From the NCBI GenBank assembly GCA_030248215.1, contig JASANG010004131.1, positions 372,001 to 436,000 on the forward strand: a stretch of 64,000 bases of DNA, in the 5' to 3' direction. Source of the DNA: Enoplolaimus lenunculus (Eukaryota). Positions 14,965 through 26,469 of the stretch are shown here, in pieces. Made by a program: the position numbers and the translations under genes. The number at the start of each line of letters is the position of its first letter. Positions within the stretch are counted from its first letter, which is position 1. Under the pieces are notes generated by a model. That model was not told where the DNA came from and made no database searches. It was given only the letters and a program-made list of their open reading frames with translations.

Positions 14965-15573
14965 CTGTAAAACACACTGCATATAAACTCAAACGACGCT
15001 GATGCTAATGTTAAACGGATAGTCGTTACTGTAGCTGCGCAAACTAGAATAACATGTCGGTTTCTTGAATATGCATGCAACCAGAATGCAGCCAATTCGG
15101 TTTAGATATTAAATACTGTAATTTTTCGCCGAATTTACACAAGTTTTCGAAACGAAATTTTCATTTTGAAACCAATCACGAAATCTAATATGTACTTGTA
15201 AGCATTCTACGAATATGGTTAATAACAAAACCCTAACCGCAACTTAAAGGCATAACAAAAGCGACCAGCTTCTGAGCGCAAATATAAATCTTTTGTTTGC
15301 TACAAACTGTAACCTGTCACTGATAAGTTTATAGAACCATTTCCCATTCTACAAAATGCATTTGCATATCGCTTTCACTGACAACTGTAGTACATATATA
15401 CGTACGTACGTACTTAAGCAATCGAGTTAGAACAAGTATACATTAATTAAATAAAAGCGCACGCCGATCATTAACAAACGTTGCCAACACATAGACAGCC
15501 GATACGCTTCGACGATTAATACCACTCAAAGATATATATTGGTTCCATACCTTTTTCGCACTGTGCATACATA

Positions 15574-15948
15574 TATGTCGTAGCCCTGATCGTAATTCAT
15601 CCCAATTCCGAATTGGGCTAGTCCAAAGCGAAACTACCACTTGGGCTAGCCCAACGCAGAATTATCTAGTAAAGCTGTGCGTTTTCTGAATGGTTACTCA
15701 ATAGCCGTAATCCAGCTTGATTCCATGTAGCTTAGTAAACAAACGGTTTGGTAGCCAACAGCAGAAAAGAGTATTCGCATCAGGTAATCGTATTTGAGTT
15801 TGGCACTTAAGGTAATAACCAATCAGAATCACAAAACGTTCACTTGTAGCAGAGAAAGAATTACGCCGCTTACTAGCCAAAGTCGTAACTCCAACTTGGA
15901 CTAGCACAATTCGGAATTGGGCTCAATTACGACTTGGGCTGCGACATA
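15574..15948. mobile_element. Family F MITE (TIR TATGTCGTAGCCCAAGTCGTAATT)
   Basis: Long TIRs; homologous to 30588-31095. Confidence 0.8.
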
Positions 15949-16358
15949 AGCGTACTCAAACCCGTGATTTTGGGTTTATGTCACAATACAGAATAGATAG
16001 ATAAGTAAGTTCTGTAGACTCAGAGTAAGCACGCTAGAAAGGCCAATTTTTTTACGTTTTAGTCTATAAAATCCCAAAACGATATCTAGTATTCCAACCA
16101 CAAACATTTAAAGCATTAAGAATCATAAGTTACGCATGCAAGGGAATGACAAGATAATGGTGATATAACATTTACGTAAATAAATACTTTGTATATATAA
16201 CATGGTAAAAATCTTTCATAGCTTCCTTCTCTTCCGTAATGCCGACCACTGCAGTTACAATGAAAGCGTTTTCATTATTTTCAACATTTTCATTTTTCTT
16301 TCTCACAAATGCTGTTGGTAAGCAAATTAGCATCAGTCTTTATCCGAAATATATATAT

Positions 16359-16734
16359 CAGGGGGTGCAAACGGAATTCCGGTTCCGGCATTTTTTCACC
16401 TTCCGGTTCCGGTAAATTTATACCGGATTTAAAAATTCCATTGTTATAATTTGGCCGTTTTCTTAACTTTGCTAATTTTTAACAATCTCTTTTGAAAGCC
16501 ACTTGTACTCCGAATATAAGCCATTGATGGTGGATTTCACTTCAGTCGACGACGAAAATCTATTTGTACAACAAATAAAATAAATACCTATGTTCGACTA
16601 AGGTTATTTCACAAATAATAAAGCAAAAAATAAGATTAAAATGAAATTTTTGGTGAAATACATTTTTCACTTTCCCGTTCCGGTAAAATTTTCAAATTCC
16701 GGTTCCGGTAAATTGTAATTCCGGTTGCACCCTG
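16359..16734. mobile_element. hAT-like MITE, family B, inverted near-identical copy of 23379-23775
   Basis: Its reverse complement aligns end to end with the 23379 copy; TSD atatatat/atatatac. Confidence 0.9.
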
Positions 16735-17428
16735 ATATATACTTCATAGCCGTACAAAATAAATTTATAAAAATAACTAAAGAACGATTTTTTCCATACA
16801 TACAAAACGAGACTCAATTGAAAATTCAGTTAATTTTTTATTCGCCATCAAAACGAACCCAAGTCTTCATGTTGATAACAAATAAGACTAATATACAAAA
16901 GTATTAAATATATATTACAGTGAAAACGACAGTATATATGTAACAGCTCATTGTTATGACACTAATCGGAAGACGGCACTCAATTTAAGATAAATAACAT
17001 GGCACATCGTATAGCACATTAATTAATGCGAATGTTGAAAAGTTCCATATACAGTACGCAGTATACAAATAAAAACATCGACAGACAACGCTAATACATC
17101 CACTAACCAACACAACACAAGTCTTCAAATATTGAAAACATTCGGCCCTGCTTGCCAAATCTATGACATACCCATAACTTTCACTTTTCTGGGTTTGCGG
17201 GACACAGAGCAGTAAATAAACCTAGCAGCAGAGCTACGAATGTTTAGCCCGTGTGTTGAACAGCGGATATCACCTCAACTAGACAAAATAACGTACGCCA
17301 ACAAAACACAACAATAATATAACAAGAAGTAAATCGTATATTGCACATAAAATTTGGCTATGGCAGTATATGCATATGGCACACATCGACGACTTTTTCA
17401 ATCAACTTCAGTAAACAAGAATTCGAGT

Positions 17429-18019
17429 TTAACATGCGGTAGTAGAAGTAGAAGCCGCACACACGGCAGCAGAATCACTTTCAGTTTCGTTTCTCGTAGC
17501 GGGAAGAACAGTTCCAGTTGTAGCTCCATTTACGCTTTCATCACACGTTTTGGCATTATTACCAGCGAATTGTTCGTTTTTCACAAGATGTGACTCATCT
17601 ACCATTCCGCTCATTGTGCATACGTCAGTTTCTTTTTTCACTACAGTCCCACAAGTAACCGTCCCTTTTGTCACCTCAAGATCTCCATCATCACTTGTAT
17701 CGGCATCTGCTAATGGCAGTTGACCACACAAACTTGTTGGTCGGCCTTCTGACCTTGTTGCTGACAAATAGTTTTCGTCACGAAACTCGCTCTTGGATGT
17801 TTTTATCCCAACAGTTCGAATACCTGTTGCCAGCTGCTGCGTAGAAGAACGTTTTGAATGGCGAGATCCAGCGCTACTGCGTGCTCCAAAATGTGGTCCA
17901 TACGGCTTCGAAACCGAATAGCCTCCTGGACGCAAATACGTACCTTGGCGATGCGTCATACGGAAGTGACGCGATAAACCTGACGCCCAGTTGTACGTCG
18001 CGCCGCAGTCTTTGCATTT
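17429..18019 (-). CDS. Alternative terminal exon A: C2H2 finger KCKDCGATYNWASGLSRHFRMTH plus C-terminal tail (isoform about 777 aa)
   Basis: Acceptor ttcattctag|AAA at 18019, 60 nt upstream of and in frame with ORF 17429-17959. The finger is invisible in the ORF track because it precedes the first ATG. The phase 0 join gives GSY|KCKDC. Confidence 0.8.
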   Translation of the reverse strand, partial: KCKDCGATYNWASGLSRHFRMTHRQGTYLRPGGYSVSKPYGPHFGARSSAGSRHSKRSSTQQLATGIRTVGIKTSKSEFRDENYLSATRSEGRPTSLCGQLPLADADTSDDGDLEVTKGTVTCGTVVKKETDVCTMSGMVDESHLVKNEQFAGNNAKTCDESVNGATTGTVLPATRNETESDSAAVCAASTSTTAC

Positions 18020-18151
18020 CTAGAATGAATGCAGCAAACAAATATGCACTAATTGCCGCTTGAAAGCGATTTGTTTTGCCAGCAATAGAACTTAAACTCA
18101 AACAGAATTACGCAACTATGACAAAATAAATGGATTGGTGCTTTTTGGTAC

Positions 18152-18571
18152 CAGGGTGCAACGGGAATTCCGATTGCGATTAGAATTCCGATTCAAAACT
18201 AGTTACGCTTCCGATTCCTATTGGCACAATCAATCGGAATCGGAATTTTGAAATTTTTATTTTAGGCCGACATGTTGTGATATGTTGCATAAAAATTCTG
18301 CATCATTTATCAGATAAATGGTTTTCGATGAGTTAACTTATCAATAATTGATTGTAGTTTAGCTTTACCGAACCACAAAACGATTGTCAATTTGTTCATG
18401 GGACGTTTGTGACAACAGTTATCAGCCAACAGACACCCTAAATCAATATTATACTTGTTAATACAAATAACGTACGTACCTGTATGGTATAGTCACAAAA
18501 CCTGTAGTTACGATTCCGGTATAAATTTGCTGTTCCGCTCCCGGTATAATCGAGTTCCGCTTTGCACCCTG
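18152..18571. mobile_element. hAT-like MITE (CAGGGTGCAA TIR)
   Basis: TIRs cagggtgcaa / ttgcaccctg; TSD tttggtac/tttgatac. Confidence 0.82.
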
Positions 18572-20134
18572 TTTGATACATATATACCTACATGCAAAAC
18601 GTTGGGTGCAACCCAGTGTCACGGTTTAATTCTTCCCCCGAAATAATAAAACTAGACTGTACCCCGGAAGACTTAAATCAGTTTAATTCTTCCGCACATG
18701 TTCGTTGAATTTTCCCCAACTATAGTCGCGGTTCAATTCTTCCCTCTATATATGTAACTTTTCTCCTGTTGAATTATACCGCATTACTCGTTCGCAAACT
18801 TTGATTTAACGCTTTTCAATAAATTTAAAGCCCTCTGGCTTATACAATCATCAACGTTGTATTTGTAATATACATTTCTTCGGGCACATAATTTGCAACG
18901 GCTTACTAATTAAATTGGTGTTCAACATTAATTATTTTGCCCATAAATGGAACATTCCTTTGTAAAATCGTTATTCTTAACTGATGCCTGCCTAGTGATT
19001 GTCCATGGGCGTCATATAGATGTATTTTTAAGCATGTCGATATGTAAACAAACTCCTTAACTACTTGCACAAAATTTATATGAATGGAGGCTCCGAACAT
19101 GGAAGACCAGCAGACAAAGCACAGCATCGCACAATATAAGGAATCTCAGCCCATCAGGAAGAAGCAAAGCTAAAGCACTATACACGGATTTCGTTCTACC
19201 AAATAGTTAGTAAAAACTGTGATAAGTTGTCTGGGTCATAAATTTAGCCAGTCAGAAGGATAAACGATATGAACCAACATCCAATTCCAGCTTGGCATCC
19301 GACGAAAAATCGATATCCAGCTCGGGTTCCGCCGGTATAAATGTACCAAATGCTAATTGTTCTGACTATAGCAAGAGTGCAAATGGTAGTTAATTTGACG
19401 GCAAAACTTAACAATGCTCTGTATGCCAATACGAACGATTAAAAAACGCTCAATATAGAGCCGGTACAAGATACATAGTGAAAATAAATCGTCCCAAACG
19501 TAAATTGTTCGTTATACATTAAGTTATAATAACATCAAATAGCTGCCACAAGAACAATACTGACTGCGTTTTTCTAACTCGAGACAAGATATAGTGACAC
19601 GCAGTAGAAGAAGGTTATTGGCCAATAATTGTGCGCAGATTTGCACAGTGGAGCGGACACAACGTCATTAGATTTAGGTTAAAAATTTTGTTCTGGTTCC
19701 ATCGCGCGTCGTCGTTGCGATACCAAAATATCTTCTGTATATATGGTCCGTAGATATGCAGATAGCATACGTACTATTTTTCTTCAAGATTCAATATCCT
19801 CTTTATAAATTTTATAAAATTGTATGCAGCGCATTGTTTCAATAAATTCAGCAAAGATACCTGGTTCCGAGTTGGAATAATGTGCTATGCAGCGCTATTT
19901 CAGAAACAAGCACAGTGATTTTAGTTCCTAAACAAATTTAAATACGTAAATCAAACAAATCGCCTTAAGCTAAAGCTATATAATGTGCAAAGCATGCATT
20001 TCGAAAATTTACTTTTACAGGACTCAGAATCACTTGGTTAACACATGCGAATAGCTTAAATCTTGGTAGTTTAGTTACACCAATTCTTAGTCCTTATCTT
20101 AACCAACAAATTAGATTACAAACTCAGTTTTAAT

Positions 20135-20495
20135 TCGGGATGTGCCGATTAATCGGCGTCGGTAATAATCGACACTTTTCGTAAGTATCGGCATCGGAAT
20201 CGATGCTGCCAAAAAATTGCCGATTCTTTGCCGATATTTGTTGCACATAACAATGAATCGAAATGCTATCAATTTCATTTCTGGGCGCATATCAGTGTGT
20301 CCGGCCACAAAAACTGTTATCTCTTGCGTTTGTGTTTGGAAAAATTAATTGAAATGAACCTTTCTTATAAAATTCTAATCGTTTATGATGGCTACAGTTT
20401 AACCTATCTGTTTATTAAGCATGATGTACTAAAGTTGTTATCGGCAATGCAAACGGTTCGGCATCGGCAAAAATTTTGATATCGACACATCCCTA
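20135..20495. mobile_element. hAT-like MITE (GGGATGTG TIR)
   Basis: tcgggatgtgccgat / atcgacacatcccta; perfect TSD gttttaat. Confidence 0.85.
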
Positions 20496-20784
20496 GTTTT
20501 AATGTAATTTAAAAGATTTTCAGCAAAGATTTAGCACAATCAAGCTAGCAATTAATAAAGAACATATAAAACAAAAAATACGACAGACACACAATTTCGC
20601 GATAGTAAATATATAACAAATAATAACCAAATTTCTGACATGTATAATTCAAAAATCCGGATAAAATTTCTCAGAAAAAAGTGTATTTTTCTACTTCGTG
20701 TAGTTTTCGATTAACAGTTTTTAATTACATGATGTGTTACGCACTTTACGTTGTATGCCCAGAATCCAGATAATACCTACTTAT

Positions 20785-21430
20785 TAGGGTTGAACCTCAT
20801 GTCCGGCTGCGGCAAAGAATTTCTTTTATCGCGGTATTTTTAGCGTGCTTAAGGTTTTCGTTTGCTATAAAGCTCATAAATTGCTGCTGATACACTGAAA
20901 TTATTTAATGCAAAAATGTGCTTAACTCTCGCTCGCTTACATACGTAAGTTAATAATAGCTGAAACGTATCAAAACTTGAATTTCTTGACTTGCCCAGAA
21001 TGTAATCGCATTAAGACGTTAAAGACGCTCACTTGTAAAAAGCAGTTTTATAATATTCGGCACCACAACAGTAATATCTGGTATCCGGTTGGTTTATACC
21101 GGATATCCGGTCGCACCCTGCACCGGTATTCAAAATTGCCAAATATTTATTGCTGATAAGTATAACATAATTATACATTATACAATTAAATATACGAGAA
21201 AAACAATATTTCGCTGTGAACTGTATCCGAAATGACAAATATAAGAACTCCAAGAAGCCGAGTTAATATTAAAATTCTTGTAACAAGGTCACAAGATATT
21301 CGCCTGTAGCATATAACACTAAATTAGCATGATTAAATTAAATTTTTTGAACTTTTGTTGAAATATATACGTATAGATGCTTAAATATATGGTTCCCGAG
21401 CCGGTATTTTTTGATATCCGGTTGAACCTC
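20785..21430. mobile_element. hAT-like element, degenerate or composite
   Basis: tagggttgaacc start, perfect flanking direct repeat ctacttat, internal ccggtcgcaccctg remnant. Confidence 0.6.
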
Positions 21431-23378
21431 CTACTTATTATATGTACGTACTTATATTGCCGCCCTCGCTAAAAGGATACATGAAATAAAGAAACTGTTG
21501 TTTGACTTGAAGCAATTTTTGCAATACCGCTTCAAATATTTCGAAAAACAAAACTAATTTTCCGAATCACATCACTCTGGCCTGGTGTACTTATCAAAAT
21601 TCATGTGACAGCCATATTACTGCCGAATGCTCACACAAAACATGGCAAGCTAAGAACACTGTCGGTTTCAAAATTGGAAGCTGTGACTAAATACGTACAT
21701 ACATAAGTAAGTAAAAATATAGACAGCCCAATGATTCTGGGGATGAGCTTTCGTTTCGTAATCAGCAACGAACAACGAAGCATAATAAGACATTCCGGTA
21801 TTTTATTTCAAAATCAATAGCTTAGCTACTTATACACCAAACGTGTACAAAAGCATGCATGAACTACCATAATTTGTAGCTTAAATTAACCACAACTTAA
21901 GCCAAGCTACACAGCATATTGAAGTTAAAATTGAACTTATAACGTTGCTAATAAAATGTACGTAATGTTTTATTCTCACCAGTCTCGGGAAATGGCCTAG
22001 TTAAAAGGGAGAAAGCTGAAAGGAAATTTTGCGCAAGCGATGATCAGGACAGAATATATACAAAAAAATGCATACACAACACAGACCATAAGCAAATTGT
22101 GTTTATAGCAAAATTATAAGCACACCATAAATTTCAATCTCTGAACAAAATTAGATAGGTTCCAAGTTCCAATCCAATAACACACTGCAAGTTTATACTC
22201 ATCAGCCCTCAGTTCTTCAAAACCCTAAGATTAGCAAAGCACTGTGTGCGTAGTGTATCCGTCCATTTCAAGTTTTGAAGACGCAAAATATGTTTTTCAA
22301 TTTTTGTGACGGTTGGTTTCCGGTCCCGAAACTAGTTTCGACGTATATTTGGGGCTACATCAAAGTACAGAATAGTTTCAATTACACATATAATGATTTA
22401 ATTTCCTACAGCCAAGCTAAGGTGTGGATAACAAAAAATAATTGAGGTTTGCACCAGATCATCTCCAGAAAACAAAATAATACTATTTAAGCATAATATA
22501 AAGATTACAATTTAAACGCTAACGCGACTAATACATAAAGAATTAGAGTGGCAAAAAGACAAATTTTTAAATAACATTGAATAAGTAAGCGTGTTTCGAA
22601 TTCGTCAAATATATAATAAATTGACTGCACATTAACTGCAGAAATAACCCCTGAAAGTCAAATTCCATTACCATATGTAAACCAGATTGTAAGCAATCGC
22701 TAAATATAGCCTTTTAGCAAAAATTGTTTTGATTCTACAACAACCTATTACTGGTCCTTCAATCAGTTTTTGTTTTTATTAATCAATCATGTATATTCTA
22801 CAATTACGGTTTTGCAAATCTGAAGCAACCGTCGCGGTGAAGCATTTACACATAGGTGCAGGATTAAGCATATATAATAATATAGAGTCTACAATTATAT
22901 TTTACAACAAAATGTACGTACGTTAATTAATAAATAGAAATACAGCAAAACCCGGTGAATATATACGTATACACTTTAATATCGGAACCGGATTGCGAAA
23001 AATACTGGAATTCAAAACTGTAACCTGAATTCCGGTTGCGCAATGAATGATATATACGCCTATAATATTTGATGTAACGTGCTATGATGCGAACAATCCA
23101 CATCAAAAGTTGTCACACCTACCTGGTAGGGTGGCAACAAAAGTTCGGATTCGGCATTAATTGGTGGTTCGGATTCTGTTGCAAAAGCCCGAATCAAACA
23201 ACGTTCAGCAATACATGTTTACCTTTTTTCGATTATGGTACTCTTCATTTCACATCGATTTAATTACACGCCACTCATACCAGCGCTTAGTAGCTAACAT
23301 GCAACGATTTATTTTCACTATTTCATTCCGGCATAACATTTACATCAGGTTGCATTGCAGCTTTTATTTACTAATGAG

Positions 23379-23775
23379 CAGGGTGCAACCGGAATTACAA
23401 TTTACCGGAACCGGAACCGGAATTTGAAAATTTTACCGGAACCGGAACCGGAAAGTGAAAAATGCATTTCACCAAAAATTTCATTTTAATCTTATTTTTT
23501 GCTCTATTATTTGTGAAATAACCTTAGTCGAACATAGATATTTATTTTAATTGTTGTATTTTAGATTTTCATCATCGACTGAAGTGAAATCCACCATCAA
23601 TGGCTTATATTCGGAGTACAAGTGGCTTTCAAAAAAGATTCTTAAAAATTAGCAAAGTTAATAAAACGGCCAAATTATAATACCGGAATTTTTAAATCCG
23701 GTAAAAATTTACCGGAACCGGAACCGGAAGGTGAAATAATGCCGGAACCGGAACCGGAATTCCGGTTGCACCCTG
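23379..23775. mobile_element. hAT-like MITE, family B (TIR CAGGGTGCAACCGGAATT, subterminal CCGGAA repeats)
   Basis: Perfect 18-bp TIRs and perfect 8-bp TSD ctaatgag. Confidence 0.92.
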
Positions 23776-24033
23776 CTAATGAGGTATACTTATGCAGTAT
23801 GCATATATTATAAAAACTTAGACTAAGCGTTAAAGTTCGACATCAGTCTAAGCAAAAGCATTATTTATCAAATTATATAACACTGAGAACAAAAACAGCG
23901 CTCTCACCATGCCCTACAAAAAACGTAACCAAGAGCTGAATATGGTTTGATTTTTAGATTCACAGAGCGCCAGTTCCTAGCAAACTAAGTTCAACAAATA
24001 GCTATAAAAGCATCAACAAGCAATACAACGTAC

Positions 24034-24210
24034 ATAAGATCCTTTTTCGCCACCGGCCGACGAAGTTATCTTGCGCACTCTTTTCTGCTTTTCTGCGGTT
24101 TTCGATCCAGGCTTGCCGTTAGCGTTTAAAGCATTATTGTTGCTGTCGAATGGAATACGAAGATTGCCAGACTCATCCAGTATATTTGCATTGACATCCA
24201 TCAGGCTCGA
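24034..24210 (-). CDS. Zinc-finger transcription factor, common coding exon 2 (59 aa, ends ...KQKRVRKITSSAGGEKGSY)
   Basis: Acceptor aattttag|TCG at 24210 and donor TAT|gtacgt at 24034; 177 nt, phase 0-0. It ends in a GEK-type linker plus the aromatic residue that precedes the first Cys of a C2H2 finger. Confidence 0.85.
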
Positions 24211-24272
24211 CTAAAATTAGATACGGGATAGAGACAATAACTCTATATCAAATCAAGCCTCTAATTTATTAT

Positions 24273-24752
24273 TAGGGATCGACCGGATCCGAGATCCGGA
24301 TCCGGGCCGGATCTCTGCAATTTTTACGATCCGGATCCGAATCCGGATCCGGTAAAATATACTACCGGAACTCCGGATCCGAAATTTGATATACAAACAA
24401 AAACATACCAAAATTGGTGTATGTATTTCAACTATGCATACGTAATCTAATAAGCACTGTGTGAGCATTAATGCTCTGTTGGAATGTCAGGTTAATGACA
24501 TCCACGTGGAGACCAGTGTTGTTGCGGAAGAAGAACAACCATAAAAATTTTAAAGACTTCTTTTTTAGTTGCTGCAAGTTTTGTTGACTAATTTTGCAAA
24601 AGAATCAGTTGAACTTTTTCTATTTTATATACATTAGGTATTGAAAAATTATCCAGCTAGTAGGATCCGGATCCGGGCCGGATCTGAATTTTAAGATCCG
24701 GATCCGGATTCGGATCCGGTAAATGCAAAATTTTGGATCCGGTCGTTTCCTA
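24273..24752. mobile_element. hAT-like MITE with CCGGAT subterminal repeats
   Basis: tagggatcgaccggatcc / ggatccggtcgtttccta; TSD tttattat/tatattat; lies in the intron between the two common exons. Confidence 0.85.
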
Positions 24753-24903
24753 TATATTATATACTAGGGCCAGCGCCAGGTTCATACGGTAACCATGGAC
24801 AATAATATAAATTTTTCAATATGAATGGCTTATTCAAATCACATAAGAAATCACTAACACTAACACTGTGCGTACTGCATGTATAAGTCACGCTCACACA
24901 TAC

Positions 24904-26469
24904 CCAGACATCGCTGGCGTGCTGACTGTTTCCGAACGGGCTCGACGAAAGCAATTGCTGCATGCCGATTGCTGATTGTGTTCCTGTATTATTCGTAGAC
25001 GCATTTAGCAGCGCCGAATGAGCGTTGAAGTCACTTATGTCATCCGAATGATCTCCACCGTCACCAGTATTCGAGGATCCAATGGTATCGGAGGAAGTAT
25101 TGAATTGACCACATGCCATTCCATTTTCACGGTTATTCATGACAGTGTCATCGTCGTACTCGAAGTCAACTTCGTTAGCAATGCCACCGCTTGCGCTACC
25201 ATTCAATAATTCTGAAGCTGCATCAACATCACATTCTCGACCGCTGTTCATTGCTGCTGCAGCCGCTGCTGCAGCTCGTTTAATAGCAGCAACACTTCGT
25301 GCCGTCGCATAAAATTGATCCATTTGCGCGCCAACTGCCGTCGCAGCTACTGTTGCCGCACTTTCTTCAAAGTTTACCCCGCCGCCGTTGCCTACTGCAC
25401 CGCATGGAGACATAGCTATCGAAGTGGCTGTGTCCAAACCGTTGCGTTGCTGCTTACGGCGTCGGCGGGCAACGCTAGATGCATTTCCATCTTGAGACAG
25501 AGTTCCTGTTAACGTAACAGCAGGTTCCAATTTAACAGCCGCCATCGATAATGCTTGCTGCAATCCAATACGGCCCAAGGTAGCGCCGGTGCTATTACAG
25601 CCGGAACTCGTACTTGATAAACCATCTTCCGCCGGAGTTGTTGCGAGCGGTCCCGTGAAATTGTTAACAGCCTCGAATACACTTAATCGCGAAGATGCAT
25701 CATCATAAGACGCTGTCTGGTGCTCAACAATATCAGCTGGTGGTGATGATTTGGTAATCGACGCGTTACCGCTGCTGCCTAAGTCACTTTCAGCAAAATC
25801 AGTTGAATCAACTGTAGTAACATGAGGCTCGGCTTTAATCAAAGCCCCATTGCGACCAGGGATAGATTCTCCACCGTCACTGTTGTTATTTAAAACCGTT
25901 GTGGCTTCAACGACGCGTCTAGCATCATTTGCGATTGTGTCGAAAATACTTAAGGTGCTTCGCGGCCTTGCTGCTTCAAAACTACCAAAGTTTTCTTCTT
26001 GCTTGGTCAGGAATGGAAACTTTGACGGTAGTGTCATATTTTGCTGCTGAACACTAGATGAAGACTGTGACGTCGCGGAAACCTGGTGCGCTTGCTGAAG
26101 TGATGAGGCACCGATTGGATTATCACTGCGTTGCGGCACGTTTTGTTTTCTTTTGCGTTGTAGTGCAGTCTGTGCAGTTCCATTCGTAGTCGCAGTAGCA
26201 ACGGTCGGTTGCTCAGCTTTCGTTTTGTCAAACTTTTGGCCAGAACCTAATATACTATCAGAAGGTGCACGGAAGTTCGGCAAATTTTTAGCTGACGAAA
26301 CTAGCGTTGTCTGAGGAGTGCTGCCAATGTTTCTAGTATCTCCATCGAGCCTGTTTGCGATACGCTGCATATAAGCTTCTTGACGATCAAATCGGTCAGC
26401 GAGCTGCACTAAAAGTTCTTTTAATTCTCCAACTTGGAATGAGATCTGACCGCAAAATTCACAAACCAT
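24904..26469 (-). CDS. Zinc-finger transcription factor, common coding exon 1 (522 aa from ATG; CxxC plus coiled-coil N-terminus, low-complexity body)
   Basis: Lies inside ORF 24757-26571. Acceptor ttttcag|GCT at 26487, first ATG at 26469 (MVCEFCGQISFQVGELKELLVQLADRFDRQEAY), donor TGG|gtatgt at 24904 (phase 0). Contains basic NLS-like RKRK and RRRRK, SUMO-type IKAE and VKLE, and poly-Ala/Gln. Confidence 0.85.

Noticed and set aside
14231..15095. Overlapping ORFs 14231-14422, 14534-14830 and 14658-15095, and similar ones at 25018-26231
   Set aside because: Antisense or off-frame shadows of GC-richer coding exons of the zinc-finger gene.
19624..19735. Further alternative exon of the zinc-finger gene (acceptor tatacag|AAG)
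   Set aside because: The acceptor is weak and no frame encodes a finger or recognisable motif.
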